Shown here piece by piece: positions 25,229 to 37,000 of a stretch of DNA of 64,000 bases. The notes under the pieces are model-generated. The model made no database searches, had not been told where the DNA came from, and saw only the letters and a program-made list of their open reading frames with translations. Source of the stretch: Bilabrum cf. latius (lineage: Eukaryota); NCBI GenBank assembly GCA_965178125.1, contig OZ237743.1:806001-870000 (forward strand). The letters are read 5' to 3'. Both the position numbers and the translations under genes were made by a program. The number at the start of each line of letters is the position of its first letter. The stretch's first letter is position 1.

Positions 25229-27949
25229 ATGTCTCTACTATTTCAAGTTGCGGCAAGCAGCATCGTAGCTTGCGCTGCCCTGGGCTGTTCGACGCAGCAA
25301 GATTACAGCACCAAATCGCCGGCTCGACTGGGGCGTTTCGATAGCTCCGGCGCACGTGGAGTGAGCTACAATGTGTTAAATGAGCTGAAGGGCGTGCTGG
25401 TGCGGGAGATATCCAGGCTGCACTTGAACGCGACGTTTTCTGTGCAACTGCAACTCGACTGCGGCAAGGATATCGGTTCATGCCAACGCCTGGTGCCCGA
25501 GCACTAGGGATAGCTTTGGTATGTAAATGCATCCTTTGCTAACCCGCACAATATCGGCGTGTCTCTCGCGGCCTATGGAAAGCTTGGTCTCGGGTACGGT
25601 ATCCACGCAGTCGCGCGATGGATCCGTTCTACTTTTGGCGATATACTTGGTACTCGAATCATTCAAAGCAGATCCACGCATGCAGGTCCAACATATCCGC
25701 TGCATTCTTTGGGTCAATCGTTTTTGCAAGCAAAGCCGTGGTTGCAGGCGTTCGCGGCTGTACACAGCTCCGTTGATCTAAACGGCTTGCCGCCGGCGTT
25801 CCTGGCAGGAGTCGCACGCAACGCCAATGATGAAAATGGGTCCTTGGTCCTGGTAGGTCCCCCACCAAGAGCCCTTCAGCAGGCGCGGGCGATGAGCGAA
25901 GAGGGGCAGCTGCTTGACTTTCCCGATCCCGGCTACTACACGACCACGCCGCCATTTCTGGACGAGAAGGGCATTCGGCAAGAGTGCCAGCTGCTATCCC
26001 AGGAATACGGCCCCAAGGCGCACGAACTCATGATGAACCAAGTGGTTATTCTCCATCACGACGTGGAAGACTACATCGACTACGACCTGCTCGATACAAG
26101 TGCCCCCGTGTGGCCCGAGGGAAGCGAGCACAGGTCCAGATCCAAAGCACTCGCTTCTCTCATGCAGGAGTGCTTCTCGAAGCTGCAACAGGACTATGGC
26201 CTTAAGGTCATGATACAGCCGTATGAATTCGCCTTCCCACCGCAGCTGTGCGCGGCCGATCTTTCTGAGCACGTGCTGAAGCCCAGAGCACGGTGGGAGG
26301 GGGAGAACGCGACAAACCAGCATGCGATGCCCGCACCAGAGGCTTCCATGCGCAGCACCAATGGCAGCCTCCAGCTGCCTCTCAATTGCAGCAACGGCTC
26401 GCCCTAGCTGCAGACCATCCTCCATGCCAGGTACAGGGAGCTCTTCCAGCGGGTGCCCGGCATCGACGGCATCGTCGCTACGGTCACCGACTCCTGGCAG
26501 CCGAGAGCGAACTACTCCTTCCGGGTTCTGTGGCACGACGCCGCAACCCTCGCGTGGGAGGGCACCGCGCTGCACAACGCGATCACATCGCAGGGCAAGG
26601 AGTTCATCCTGAGGCTGTGGTCACTGGGCGAGTCGCTCGACCTCGACGAGCTCCTGGCAGGCACTCCCACTGACCTTCGGCTCTCGATCAAGGTCACGAG
26701 GGGGGACTACCTTTTGCCCGAGCCGATCAACCCAGTGCTGACAAACAGCACGCTACTAAAGAGCAGACGATTCGAGGTGCTTGTGGACGCCTTCCGCGAG
26801 TACGATGGCTGGGGCGCTGCGGCTTGCTATATGCAGCAGTGGGAAGAAAGGCTGCGGGAGGGCTTCCGCAACGGTCTGGTTGACCTGAACGTGTGGGGCG
26901 CCTGGAGTCCTGCATGCACCTGGCCGAACACTAACGGGAATGCAGAGCTCCTCAACGTAACATCGGCTTCCCAAGTTGTTCCCTGGCGCGGCCGGTGGAA
27001 CCAGCTCAGGGTGCTTGGGAACACCGTTCCTGCCTCCCAGGACGCAGTGCCCGTGCCGAGCGTGTCTGGCCTGCTCAATACCATGCTCGCCATGCAGCTG
27101 GCAGTGGATCCCGAGAATACCACTGCCGAGGGCGTGGCTCAAGATGCGTGCAGCGACCAACTCGGTGCTGGTTCTCTCGACTCGCCTGCGGTCGAGGCGT
27201 GCGTGAACGCCTTGATGGCATCGCAGGATGCGTGGCTTCCCCTTCGTCAGTTCGGCGGCGAGTTCGGCACGACGTGGACGGTCCTACTGAATGCGGACTG
27301 GGACAACTGGCTCGGTGCCGCGAAGGACACCTCCGGCAAGGCCTTGGACCAGGCAGCCATGCCGGCAATGCGCCTAGCGCTTGACGCCACCACGAACGCG
27401 ACTGCAGTCCTCCGAGCCCTGCCCGGCTCCAACTTCGCCGAGGGCCTGTCTCTCTCCATGAACAGGACACAAGCAGTCGTCGGTTCCTTCGTGTGTATCT
27501 ACGAGGCGGCATGGTACGCGACGTCCATCGCTACTGGGAGGCAAGCGGATAGGGCGACAGTGTGCAGCCAGTGGTAGTGGCCCTGGCCCGTGCACCAGCT
27601 AGACGGCTCTGCTGCAGCCAGAAATATCACGACTTCTACTAAAGGTTCGTCGCATAGTCCCATCCGCGATAGCGGTGGCGCCCCTGTCGGCTCTGTCCCT
27701 GCTGCGTGCGAATGGCTCGCGTCAGCTCTCGAAACGCTCCAGGAGGTGTACCTGGCCTGGGGCATGCACGACACGGTGTTGGGCCAGTTCTTCCAGATTC
27801 ATGTACCTGACACGAACTTAAACCAGAGGCCTAGTTTCTGGCGCGATGCGGGGCTTGGGCCCGCGTACCCACGATCGCACAAGCAGTGGGCTGCCTTCTT
27901 CGCGAGCCAGACTGCGTCTTAGTGCAAGTGGGGCCATTTCCAGCAGTGA
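25229..27949 (+). CDS. Secreted hypothetical protein, possibly glycoside-hydrolase-like (~906 aa)
   Basis: Joins ORFs 25229-25507, 25559-26407, 26453-27577 and 27590-27922 across TAGs at 25505, 25511, 26405, 27575 and 27920; ends TGA at 27947. Signal peptide and multiple N-glycosylation sequons. YRELFQRVPGIDGIV, FILRLWSLG and SIKVTRGDY are only suggestive of a TIM-barrel hydrolase. Confidence 0.65.
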
Positions 27950-28040
27950 GAAGCCGAAGCCGAGACGGCGGAGCTCCCTTTTGTCCTTCAGGCGAGGCTA
28001 TTCGATTAGCCTGCCTTCATTTCGGGTCCGTGGATGCAGG

Positions 28041-28981
28041 TCAAGCTGGCTTGCCGGCGGTTGCACTCTCACGGCCTGCACTGGCACTCTCGCGGACTGC
28101 ACTGGCACTCTCGCGACCTGCACTGGCACTCTCACGGCCTGCACTGGCACTCTCGCGGACTGCACTGGCACTCTCGCGGACTGCACTGGCACTGGCACCG
28201 TGACTGCTGGCAGGCGCTGCTGCGGCGCTGGGCTGCATGGAGGCATGCATGGCCTCACTCGCCTCTTGGATTGATTTCTCCACAGATGATTGCAAGTCCT
28301 CCATGCTCAGCAGTGCAGACGCTCCCCCGTATTCGCCAGCGGCTTTCAAGTTGCTCTCATCAGAATCGCCAGAATCGAGTGCCTCTGCAGCTCTAGCAGC
28401 AATGCGCGCCTCTCCAGCACAGCTGGCCCGAATTCTAGAATAGCGTTCCAGAATCTGTGACGCACAAATAATATACAATGGTGTTGTTTAGAAGCAGTAG
28501 ACTGCAATTGATGACGCAAAAAACTGTGCACACCGTGACGTGAACTCACCTGCTGCGTTTGCTCCTCAATCGTGCCCGCCGCTCGTCTCGCTAGCAGCTC
28601 AATTTCATCGGCTGCACTTCTAGCCCGAGCAAAACGTTCAAAAGCTTCATCTGAGGCTGCCGAAATGCTGCCTTGGATTCGCTCGATCGGGCCAATGACC
28701 ACATCGCTAACTGCGATTCCGAGCCCGCCGATATTGTGGTCAATATTCTGCTGCACAGCTCCTGCTAGGCTATTCTTTGCAACTTTGCTCGCTGATTGTG
28801 CCTGTATGAGCCTACTACCATCTACTAGTTCACCAGACGGCTGGCCAGCGGCAGATTCTCTTCGGATTCCTTCTCGAAGTCCCTCCCTATCTGCGAAGTG
28901 AGCTCTCAGTTCTCTAGCTTTTCCTTCGATGTCTTCGACCTGCTTGCATAAAGCATCAAGTTTATTGGCTGTATCATCCAT
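28041..28981 (-). CDS. Hypothetical coiled-coil protein with a C-terminal heptapeptide repeat
   Basis: Exons 28981-28550 and 28454-28041; phase-0 intron GTGAGT...TCACAG at 28549-28455; ends TGA. Alpha-helical composition and six ASA(V/G)RES repeats. Confidence 0.65.
28063..28188. repeat. Coding minisatellite, 6 x 21 bp (GCACTCTC[A/G]CG[G/A][A/C]CTGCACTG)
   Basis: Direct tandem units start at 28063, 28084, 28105, 28126, 28147 and 28168 with no spacers. They encode ASA(V/G)RES on the minus strand. Confidence 0.95.
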
Positions 28982-29140
28982 GTTCGCCTTTCAGAGGCCC
29001 AGTATTGTTTGTGACCTGGGTTGCGAGCCGTTGCAAGCAAACCGGAATATTATAGCAGGGAGCTGGGCATAGTGGCAGCTTCGAGCTAAATACAGACCAA
29101 GCATCAATAAAGCAATAGTCCCATATCCCTTTAAGCACCC

Positions 29141-32100
29141 TCACAGCCCCCGGACGAGCGCTTCAAGGTCGGCCCTTCCGACAGGCTTCACCAGCACGGT
29201 CTCAGTCCCAGCCTCGAGGAACACCTCAATGTCTTCGGACTCGCGGTTGCCTGTGAGGCCGACCATCCTGACGGACTGGCCAGCAGCAGCGGCCAGCTTG
29301 CGGATCTCCCGAGCCACTTCAGGCCCATTCATGCCAGGCATGTGATAGTCCAGCAGCACCAAGTCAAGCCCAGGCCCCGCCTCACCTCGTTCGCCTCCAC
29401 CAGCGGCGCTAGACCCAGAACCAGAGCCAGAACTAGAGCCAGAGCCAGGCGCAGCAGAGGCCTTCCCCCAAATCAATGACCTAGCAATCTCAATCGCCTC
29501 ACTACCGCAAGTAGCCGACGCCACCTCACTCGTCACACCACTCCTACTCAGCAGCCGCTCCAGTGTGCGCTGCACCAGTCGCCGTGAAGACGCATCGTCA
29601 TCCACGACGAGGACCCGCACTGGCACTAGCCGAGACGGTGCTGCGGAACGTTGCCCCCCTTGTTTCTGATGCCGCAACTCGCTCCCATTCCCATTCCCAC
29701 TCCCACTTCCACTCCCACTCTCCTGCAAAGATGCCTTTTCGTTGGGTGAGAGCCACGCAGCGGTGGGTGAAGCAACACTTTCACCGCCATTGTCAGCGAC
29801 TCCACCGCTAGGATCGGCTGAATGAGACTCGTCCACATGCACCGTGGCCGCCGCCCTGAAAGTGCTTTCCTTGGGCTGAGTCCGGCCTGCCGATCTAGCT
29901 GAATCATGCATCGATGCTTTCGCCTCCTCGTCCCCGTCGTGGGTGCTTGGTCCAGCCCCTGACTCCTTGCTCGAGTCAGAAGCCTGCGTGCTGCTTGCAG
30001 TTGCTCGCGATCCGCTGGGTTCCTTCTATGAGGTCCCCAGATCCATTGCATGCCCAGCTGGAACGCCGGTAATGGAACCATGCTGCTCATCGTGCACGTA
30101 TCCCACTTCCTGCAGTAGGCTGTTCACGCGTGCATCCATCTGCGCAACCCGCGGCTGCAACCCCTTTTTCGACTCGTCTACACTCAAGCTGCTCGGCCTG
30201 GCCAGGCCTTCCCTGCAGCGCACCTCAAGCCACGCGTAAAAAATGCTGCCACTGCCAAGGTAGGATGAAAAACCGACGCAGCCGCCGTGCAGCCGCAGCA
30301 CTGTTGCCGTGATGGCCAGCCCCAGCCCTGACCCCTGCCCCTCAGCGGTGAGGATGCCCGAGTGCAGCGTCTCGAAGGGGGTGAACACTTTGCCCCAGTC
30401 CTTGCGCCGAATGCCAGGACCCTGATCGTACACCCACAGACATACTTGCGTCTTGCTCACGCTCCGGCTGCTGCTGTTCATCGGGTGTACCGAAGCGCTC
30501 GTTGAACGACTTGCCACGGATCCAGCGTCATTCACGTCCATCTTCTGCAGCAGCCGCTGGTGATTCTTGAAGGTGTCGGGTGCGGCAAACGCCTCAGACA
30601 CAGCAGCGGTACTCTGCCGACTCGCTGTCCCTGCAGCTGTTTCGTTCCTGCGGGAATCGTGCACGACCACGAACGGCAGCGCTGTCGCATCGATCACGCT
30701 GTCCGACAGCCGTCTGACCTGGAGACGAGCGGGGGCAACGGCGCTGCGCTTGACGTGCTTGCTAGCCACTGTCTCAGCCTCGGAACCACGATCAGTGGCA
30801 GGATCGCTGTTTGGGGCGTCTGTCTTTCCTGATCCCGAAGTGGACGCACTAAACGAGGCCTTGGAGACCGTCTCTAGGGCCCGTTGGGTCTTAGCAACGT
30901 CCGACGCGGAGCGTGGCGACCTCGAGTTGGCCTGCGCAATGCTTCTGCACCCCCTTCCTTCATGCAGCACCTTTTCCAGCGCATCGCACGTTGGTCCAGG
31001 CAAAGCAGCGCGTGCAGCTTTCCAGTCGTCTGCATCCCAAAGAAATGGGGGCCTAATTGATGTGCCCACAACAATTGAACTGCTTCGTTGTCTATTGCGG
31101 GAATCCCGCTACGGTGTGTCAGACATCCGAATCCACTTGAATGCGTTGGACGTGAAGTTGTAGAGTGCGCTGCGAAGTCGATTAAAATCGCATTTCATCT
31201 CCATCCCGCTCATGGGATGTGTGTCGCATAGCTGCACGCGGATGCCTCCGCCGCGCGCCTGCGACTGGAACGTCCTTCGAGTGTCCTCCAGCACGTTTGG
31301 CAGCAGCCTGTTCCACCGCTTGTCGATGTGGAACCGACCAGACTCGATGTGCTGCAGGTCAAGGATGTCATTCAGCGTGGTCTGCATGGACTCAGCCGCT
31401 GCCTCCAGTGCCGGCAGGGTGTCGTCAAATATTTCAGCAGAGCGCGTAAGCTTCTCAATGAAAGTCGATGCGGAGAAAGCCGCGGTTTTGATGCCATTGG
31501 CCTCGCCTTTAGGCTGGATCGAAGCTTGCCTGCGTCTGCGCAGCTGCTGCGCAGCGCCCGCTATACTTGCTGCTGCCTGCTCGCAGAAATCCAGGCCCAG
31601 TACGAGCGAGTTCAGAGGCACCCTGCACTCGTGCGACACGAATCGGATGGACGCCTGCAGTGCTGCCTTCTGCTTGCGCGTCTTTAGTACGGCCTCACGA
31701 AGCCCGTCAGATGCCGTTGCAAACGCATACATCGCGCACAAAGCAACCGTTCTTATGAATGCCATTGTGACCCTGTCTCCGAACTCATTGAATGCGAACA
31801 GCCGGATTGCTACGGCCCACTCGTCATCCACAAGCTGGTCGTTGGACAAGTCAGCCAGGCGATCCCGGCAGGGGAAGAATGCTTCGATGCCGAGCTGCCG
31901 CACATACAGGCACGAACAGATCCCATCGGCGCGATGGAAGGCAGCTTCCTGAAATGCGTCAACAATGATTGGCGCCAAGGAAATGAACAAAATGGCAAAC
32001 TTCCACCACATGCCAAGGGACCTAGCCTCGTACGACAGGGCTGCAGCACCTGACTTATCCTTGACAGCGCGGACGACGTCTGCAGATCGCCCCGTGGCCA

Positions 32101-33880
32101 CGCACAGCGCAAAGCAGTTGTCAGGACAGCAAGGCGGAGCATGGGCCTCTACCCCGATGGTGATGTGCTGGTGGCATCCTCGACCGCACGCGTGGCCGTC
32201 AAGATAGCTCGGGCGCACAGTTGCTGCTGCTACACCATCGTCACTGTTACCAACGTTTGGGGCATCTTTCGACGGGCTCATCTGCGCATACAAACCTTTC
32301 CCGTCATACGCTATCGAATCGCAGCAAACGCCACAGGGACACCCGACGGCAGAGCAGCCTTGAGAGCAGTAGCCGAGGCACTGAAAATAGCAAGAACGCG
32401 CTTCTTCAGGATGATCACCGTCTTCAGCCGCTAGACCCAACTCAGCATCGTACTGAGCCCCTGCAAAGTCCTCGGTAGCAGCCTGACCCACGACTGGAGT
32501 AACCCACAGGGCGTAGAAGCCGATCAGCACAAGCACAGTCCACAGCAATGTGAACGCAACGTAGATCAACGAGAGCTCATTTGCAGGCTTTGTGGCCATT
32601 GAATCGTCGAGCTGCCGCGTAGAGTCGGCCGCGAAGCTTTCAATGGCACTGACATTGCACGTCTAGTTCGCAGCACAGTGCAGAGCAGCCGCGTGCGCGA
32701 GACGACCCTCTGCCACAGCAGCCTACATCAAGCAACGCGAGGCAAACGGAGACGAAGTGACCGAGTTAATCACCATCCCATCGACAACTGTAGTGGCATT
32801 TCCATCATCGAGATACGCTTGCACCTGCTCTGTAGCAGCGTCGAAGTCGCCGCTGAACCCGGATCTGCCTAGCAGGAACGCAAGTCGCCGCAGCCCTAGG
32901 AAAAACTGCGGCTGGCCCTGACTGCCAACAATAGCAGGAGCAACAGTATACTCAGAAGAGCCGACGGGCTAACCCGGTGCGTCTACCCCTGTAGATGCCT
33001 CCAGTCGGCCGAGTGCATCCAGACCAGCCGCCGTGTGCTGCATCAGTCCGTAGTTGCCGATGCCCACCAGCAGGCTTCCCTGCAGAATGTACCCACCGTA
33101 GCTCACGGCAGTCAGCAGTACCATAATGAAATATCTCAAGTTCTTCGACTGAATTTCCCTGTATGGTTGCGGGGACACGCGTGCTCCCACCAGCACGAAG
33201 CCAGACGTGCCCAAGAACAGCAGCAGGGCCTGAGTCCAGGACTAGAAAGGTGATTCGATCGTATCAAAAACTAATGCGTCTCTTGCTTCGGAGTTTCGAA
33301 TGGAGCCTCCATTCGACGCCATGGATGTTAGCATCGACTGCGACAGTCCGATCACCTTGCCAGTGTTGCCCGTCTGAATCTGCAAGGTTCCCTTTCCAAA
33401 AGCACCACCACCATCGTCCGGTGGCATATAGTACATATATGAGTCAACTAATAACGTGATTGCAGCTGCAATCACGACAAGTGACCTCGCAGCATAGACG
33501 CGCTCGAAGCAAACACAGTCGCGACGACTGTACGACTGGGCACAAAAGCTCATTGTATACAAAGCCGCCACGATGGTACACACAATAGCTGCAACCACGT
33601 GGATACCGGAAATGATCCCGACGGTGTACTGCAAAGCTTCGAGCTGTGCTTGCGGTGCAACTTCACCGGTCAGCAGCGTTGCGTCAGTAGCGAAAGGCAT
33701 CTGCAGCGTAGCTTCTACCTTCTCCGCACCTCTTGTAACCGATGATGGCATAAATTCTTCTCCGATTGAGTCAATGATGAAAAAGGGAATCAGAACTATG
33801 CCCCCGAAACAAAGTGCAACGATGAAGCATGCATTGTTGATGAGCTCCCCGGGAAGCAACCAATTTCCTGATGCAGACAT
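29141..33880 (-). CDS. Multi-pass membrane hybrid histidine kinase (HisKA-HATPase-REC), copy 1 (~1,579 aa)
   Basis: Single intronless frame through TAGs at 33242, 32969, 32723, 32663, 31109 and 30026; ends TGA. H-box RFVSHECRVPLN, N-box LYNFTSNAFKW, G1 VYDQGPGI, G2 GSGLGLAI, receiver VLVVDDD..LLDYHMPGMNG..LTGN..VKP. Many N-terminal TMs. Confidence 0.9.
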
Positions 33881-34082
33881 CTTTGCAAGTCAAGAATATA
33901 GAAACGCCAGTTTACAGCACAACGGTCGTTTTCTGATGCCGAGTGACCCAAAGAGCCAAGTATGTGATGCACGTTTTCTTTCAACATTTTCCGCAAGCCC
34001 GTGGCGGTCGCAACCATTCCGTTTCAATCAAGCGCTCGGTGGTCGCACGCGCTGGTCGCCCAGCATGGGGCGCAAACACTCA

Positions 34083-37000
34083 TCAAGTGTTAGCCTGCAA
34101 CTCATTCAGACTTTCGATAAGCGCAGCGATTTGCTGCCGTCGCACTGGTTTTGTCAGCACCTTCTGCGCCCCGCAATCTACGAACCACCGCTGGTCCTCA
34201 GCAAGCGCGTTGCCTGTCACACCCACAACGGGCACGCGGGACACAGACTGCCTAGAATCAGCGCGGACGGCGGCAACCATCTCGGGGCCATTCATCCGTG
34301 GCATGGAAAAATCCAAGAGGATTAGGTCGCAAGCCAGCACCAAGCGGTCAACATTGGGGCTGCCTCTCGCACCTCCGCGCGATGCGCCCGAAAAGGAGGC
34401 TGGCGCGGCACCTGTACTGCTCTTGAGGGTGTCAGCTTCATCAGCCAAGATCTGGATGGCCCTCAAGCCGTCTTCTCCATCTTCTGCGGTTAGCACACGC
34501 ACATTGTTCACGCAAGATCGGACTAAGCGCTGCATGAATGTCCGGTTTGTGCGGCTGTCGTCCACCACCAGAACCGTGAGGGGTCTCCGTAAGCCATCAT
34601 CATGTGCAGCTACACTAGGTGTACGTGCCTGTGGTATGAACTCTATCTTGGGCTGATCAGTAGCAGCTGTTGCATGACCGGGTATAGCCTGATCGGTTGA
34701 TAAACCCGCTGCACCTCGAGCACACTGGCCAAGCTTGTTCTTTCGCTTTACCACGCGCCTTCGCTTCCTTCTTTCAGGTCTCACCCCATGTGCCTTACCG
34801 CCATGTTGCTGTGACGCACCTGCAGCCTTCTTGCTGCCTTGCTCCTACTCGACCTTGCTGCCTGCTCTTGCCTGGCCCGCACTGATTGACTTCTCACAGG
34901 CGCCTCGGTCAGCTGGCGCACCATTGGCTATCACCATGCTTGGTGCAGGCATCACCCTTGAATCAACCTTCAGCCAAGCATAAAATATACTACCAACGCC
35001 GTACTACGCCGAAAATCCGACGCAGCCCCCGTGCAGCTGCAAGACAGACGCTGTGATGGCCAGCCCCAGCCCTGACCCCTGCCCCTCAGCGGTGAGGATG
35101 CCCGAGTGCAGCGTCTCGAAGGGGGTGAACACTTTGCCCCAGTCCTTGCGCCGAATGCCAGGACCCTGATCGTACACCCACAAGCACAGCCCTTCGTGCT
35201 GTGCCGGCGACATTTCTGAATCGCCACGTATGGATGACTCGTGCAGTTCCATATGCTCCCTGACCGTATCCGTGGCACTGTATGCTTTGCATGCTTCCAC
35301 GGAGTCACCACTACGCCCTTTGGTAGTAAATACACATCTGCCATCCCCCACTTCGTCAGCGTCGCCGGCAGTGCTAGCTGTAGCTACCTAGTCCCGAACA
35401 ATGCGCTGCATGCTTAAGGAAACAGCTTCGGGCAAATTTGCAGTTGCCAAAGACCACTCTGCTGGTGACCACAGGTACGGCGGTCTGGTTGAGGCACCAA
35501 GCACAACAACTGGCTTAGACTGTTCCTACCAATCAGTGCTAGCATCGCGCAGCCTGTGTATGCTCCTCTCGTGCGGGCGAGACCACTTCAGAGCGTTGGA
35601 CGTGAAGTTGTAGAGCGCCCCACGCAGCCTAATCGCGTCGCACAGGACTTCGACTCGACCACTCGGAGAGAATCCATCTTGAACCAGGAGATCCACGCCG
35701 ACTCCATCGGCCTGCGACTGGAACGTCCTTCGAGTGTCCTCCAGCACGTTTGGCAGCAGCCTGTTCCACCGCTTGTCGATCTGGAACCGACCAGACTCGA
35801 TGTGCTGCAGGTCAAGGATGTCGTTCAGCGTGGTCTGCATGGACTCAGCCGCTGCCTCGAGGGAAGGAAGCGTCTCCGTCAACGTATCAATAGCCTTGTG
35901 CAAATCATGCTGTTCATCTACGCTGATTACACTGGCTGATGAGGCAGCAGCAGATGCTCCCACAGCTCTACCTCTACCGGAGGCCTGGACTGCTCGTGAT
36001 GCAAGCGATGCCGCCTCTGCGCAGAAGTCGAGTCCTATTGCAATCGAGTTTAGAGGCACCCTGCATTCGTGCGAGAGGAAACGCAGCCGAGACTATAGGG
36101 CTTGCCTCTATCTGGTGGCCTAAATGACCGCCATCTGCAACGAGTTCGACGTTCTGGACAACAGAAACATAAGGAAGAGCAGAGAAAAACGGAAGAATAA
36201 GTATGCGACCCGCTCGCCAATGTACACAGTCGAAAATGCCTGCACTGCCGCCGGCCAAGCTTGTGTGTACAGCTCTGCCGTGGAAATGTCCTGCACCTCC
36301 TCAGGGCACCGAATGACGTTACTTAATCCGGTCAGCCTGCCGTACGTACATGGGCACAGCCTGTTCGTGTTAGGTTCAACACCCGAGACGATTCGATTGA
36401 CCCCAATGGGGGCTACCGCAAGAGCTGTTAACAGGAACTTCCAGGCAAATGCTAGCACCTCGGACCTATCCACAATGGAGACAATGTTGTTGGCGCCGCT
36501 CGAGACAGTGCTGTCGGGAGCCGCGTCGCCTTCCGAAATTCTAAGCCACTCCTTGCCCTACCAATCCTTCGCATCACTCGCCCCAGACGTATCCATGTGG
36601 CTCCCACAAATAGCTGTGGAGATCTACTGGGGCAGAGAGCATGCCGCAGCGGCAGTGACCACCTGCTTGTGAACAGCAGCTCCCCATGTCATCGGGCGCA
36701 GCTCCACCGGGAGTGGGACCTGCACTGCGCCGTGGACAGACTTCCTCAACTGGGCTCGGCGCCTTGACTGGGATTTTTTCCCCCCCAATGGCTCGGCATC
36801 CCTGATGCAGCAGTCGTCAAGAGCCAAGAGGTTGCGAAAGTACCTTGACCTGCAAGACGACATCGACTCGGTCGGGTGGAACCCACTCGAGACAGCGTCG
36901 TACTCCTTATCTGCTGCCTCCTATATAACATCCATCCCAATAACTGGAGTAAGAACGAATGCGAGCAATCCGAAAAAGCTGGCAAACATGTGGACTACGC

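Noticed and set aside
28063-28188. CRISPR array
   Set aside because: The units are contiguous without unique spacers, they lie in a coding frame, and there are no cas genes.
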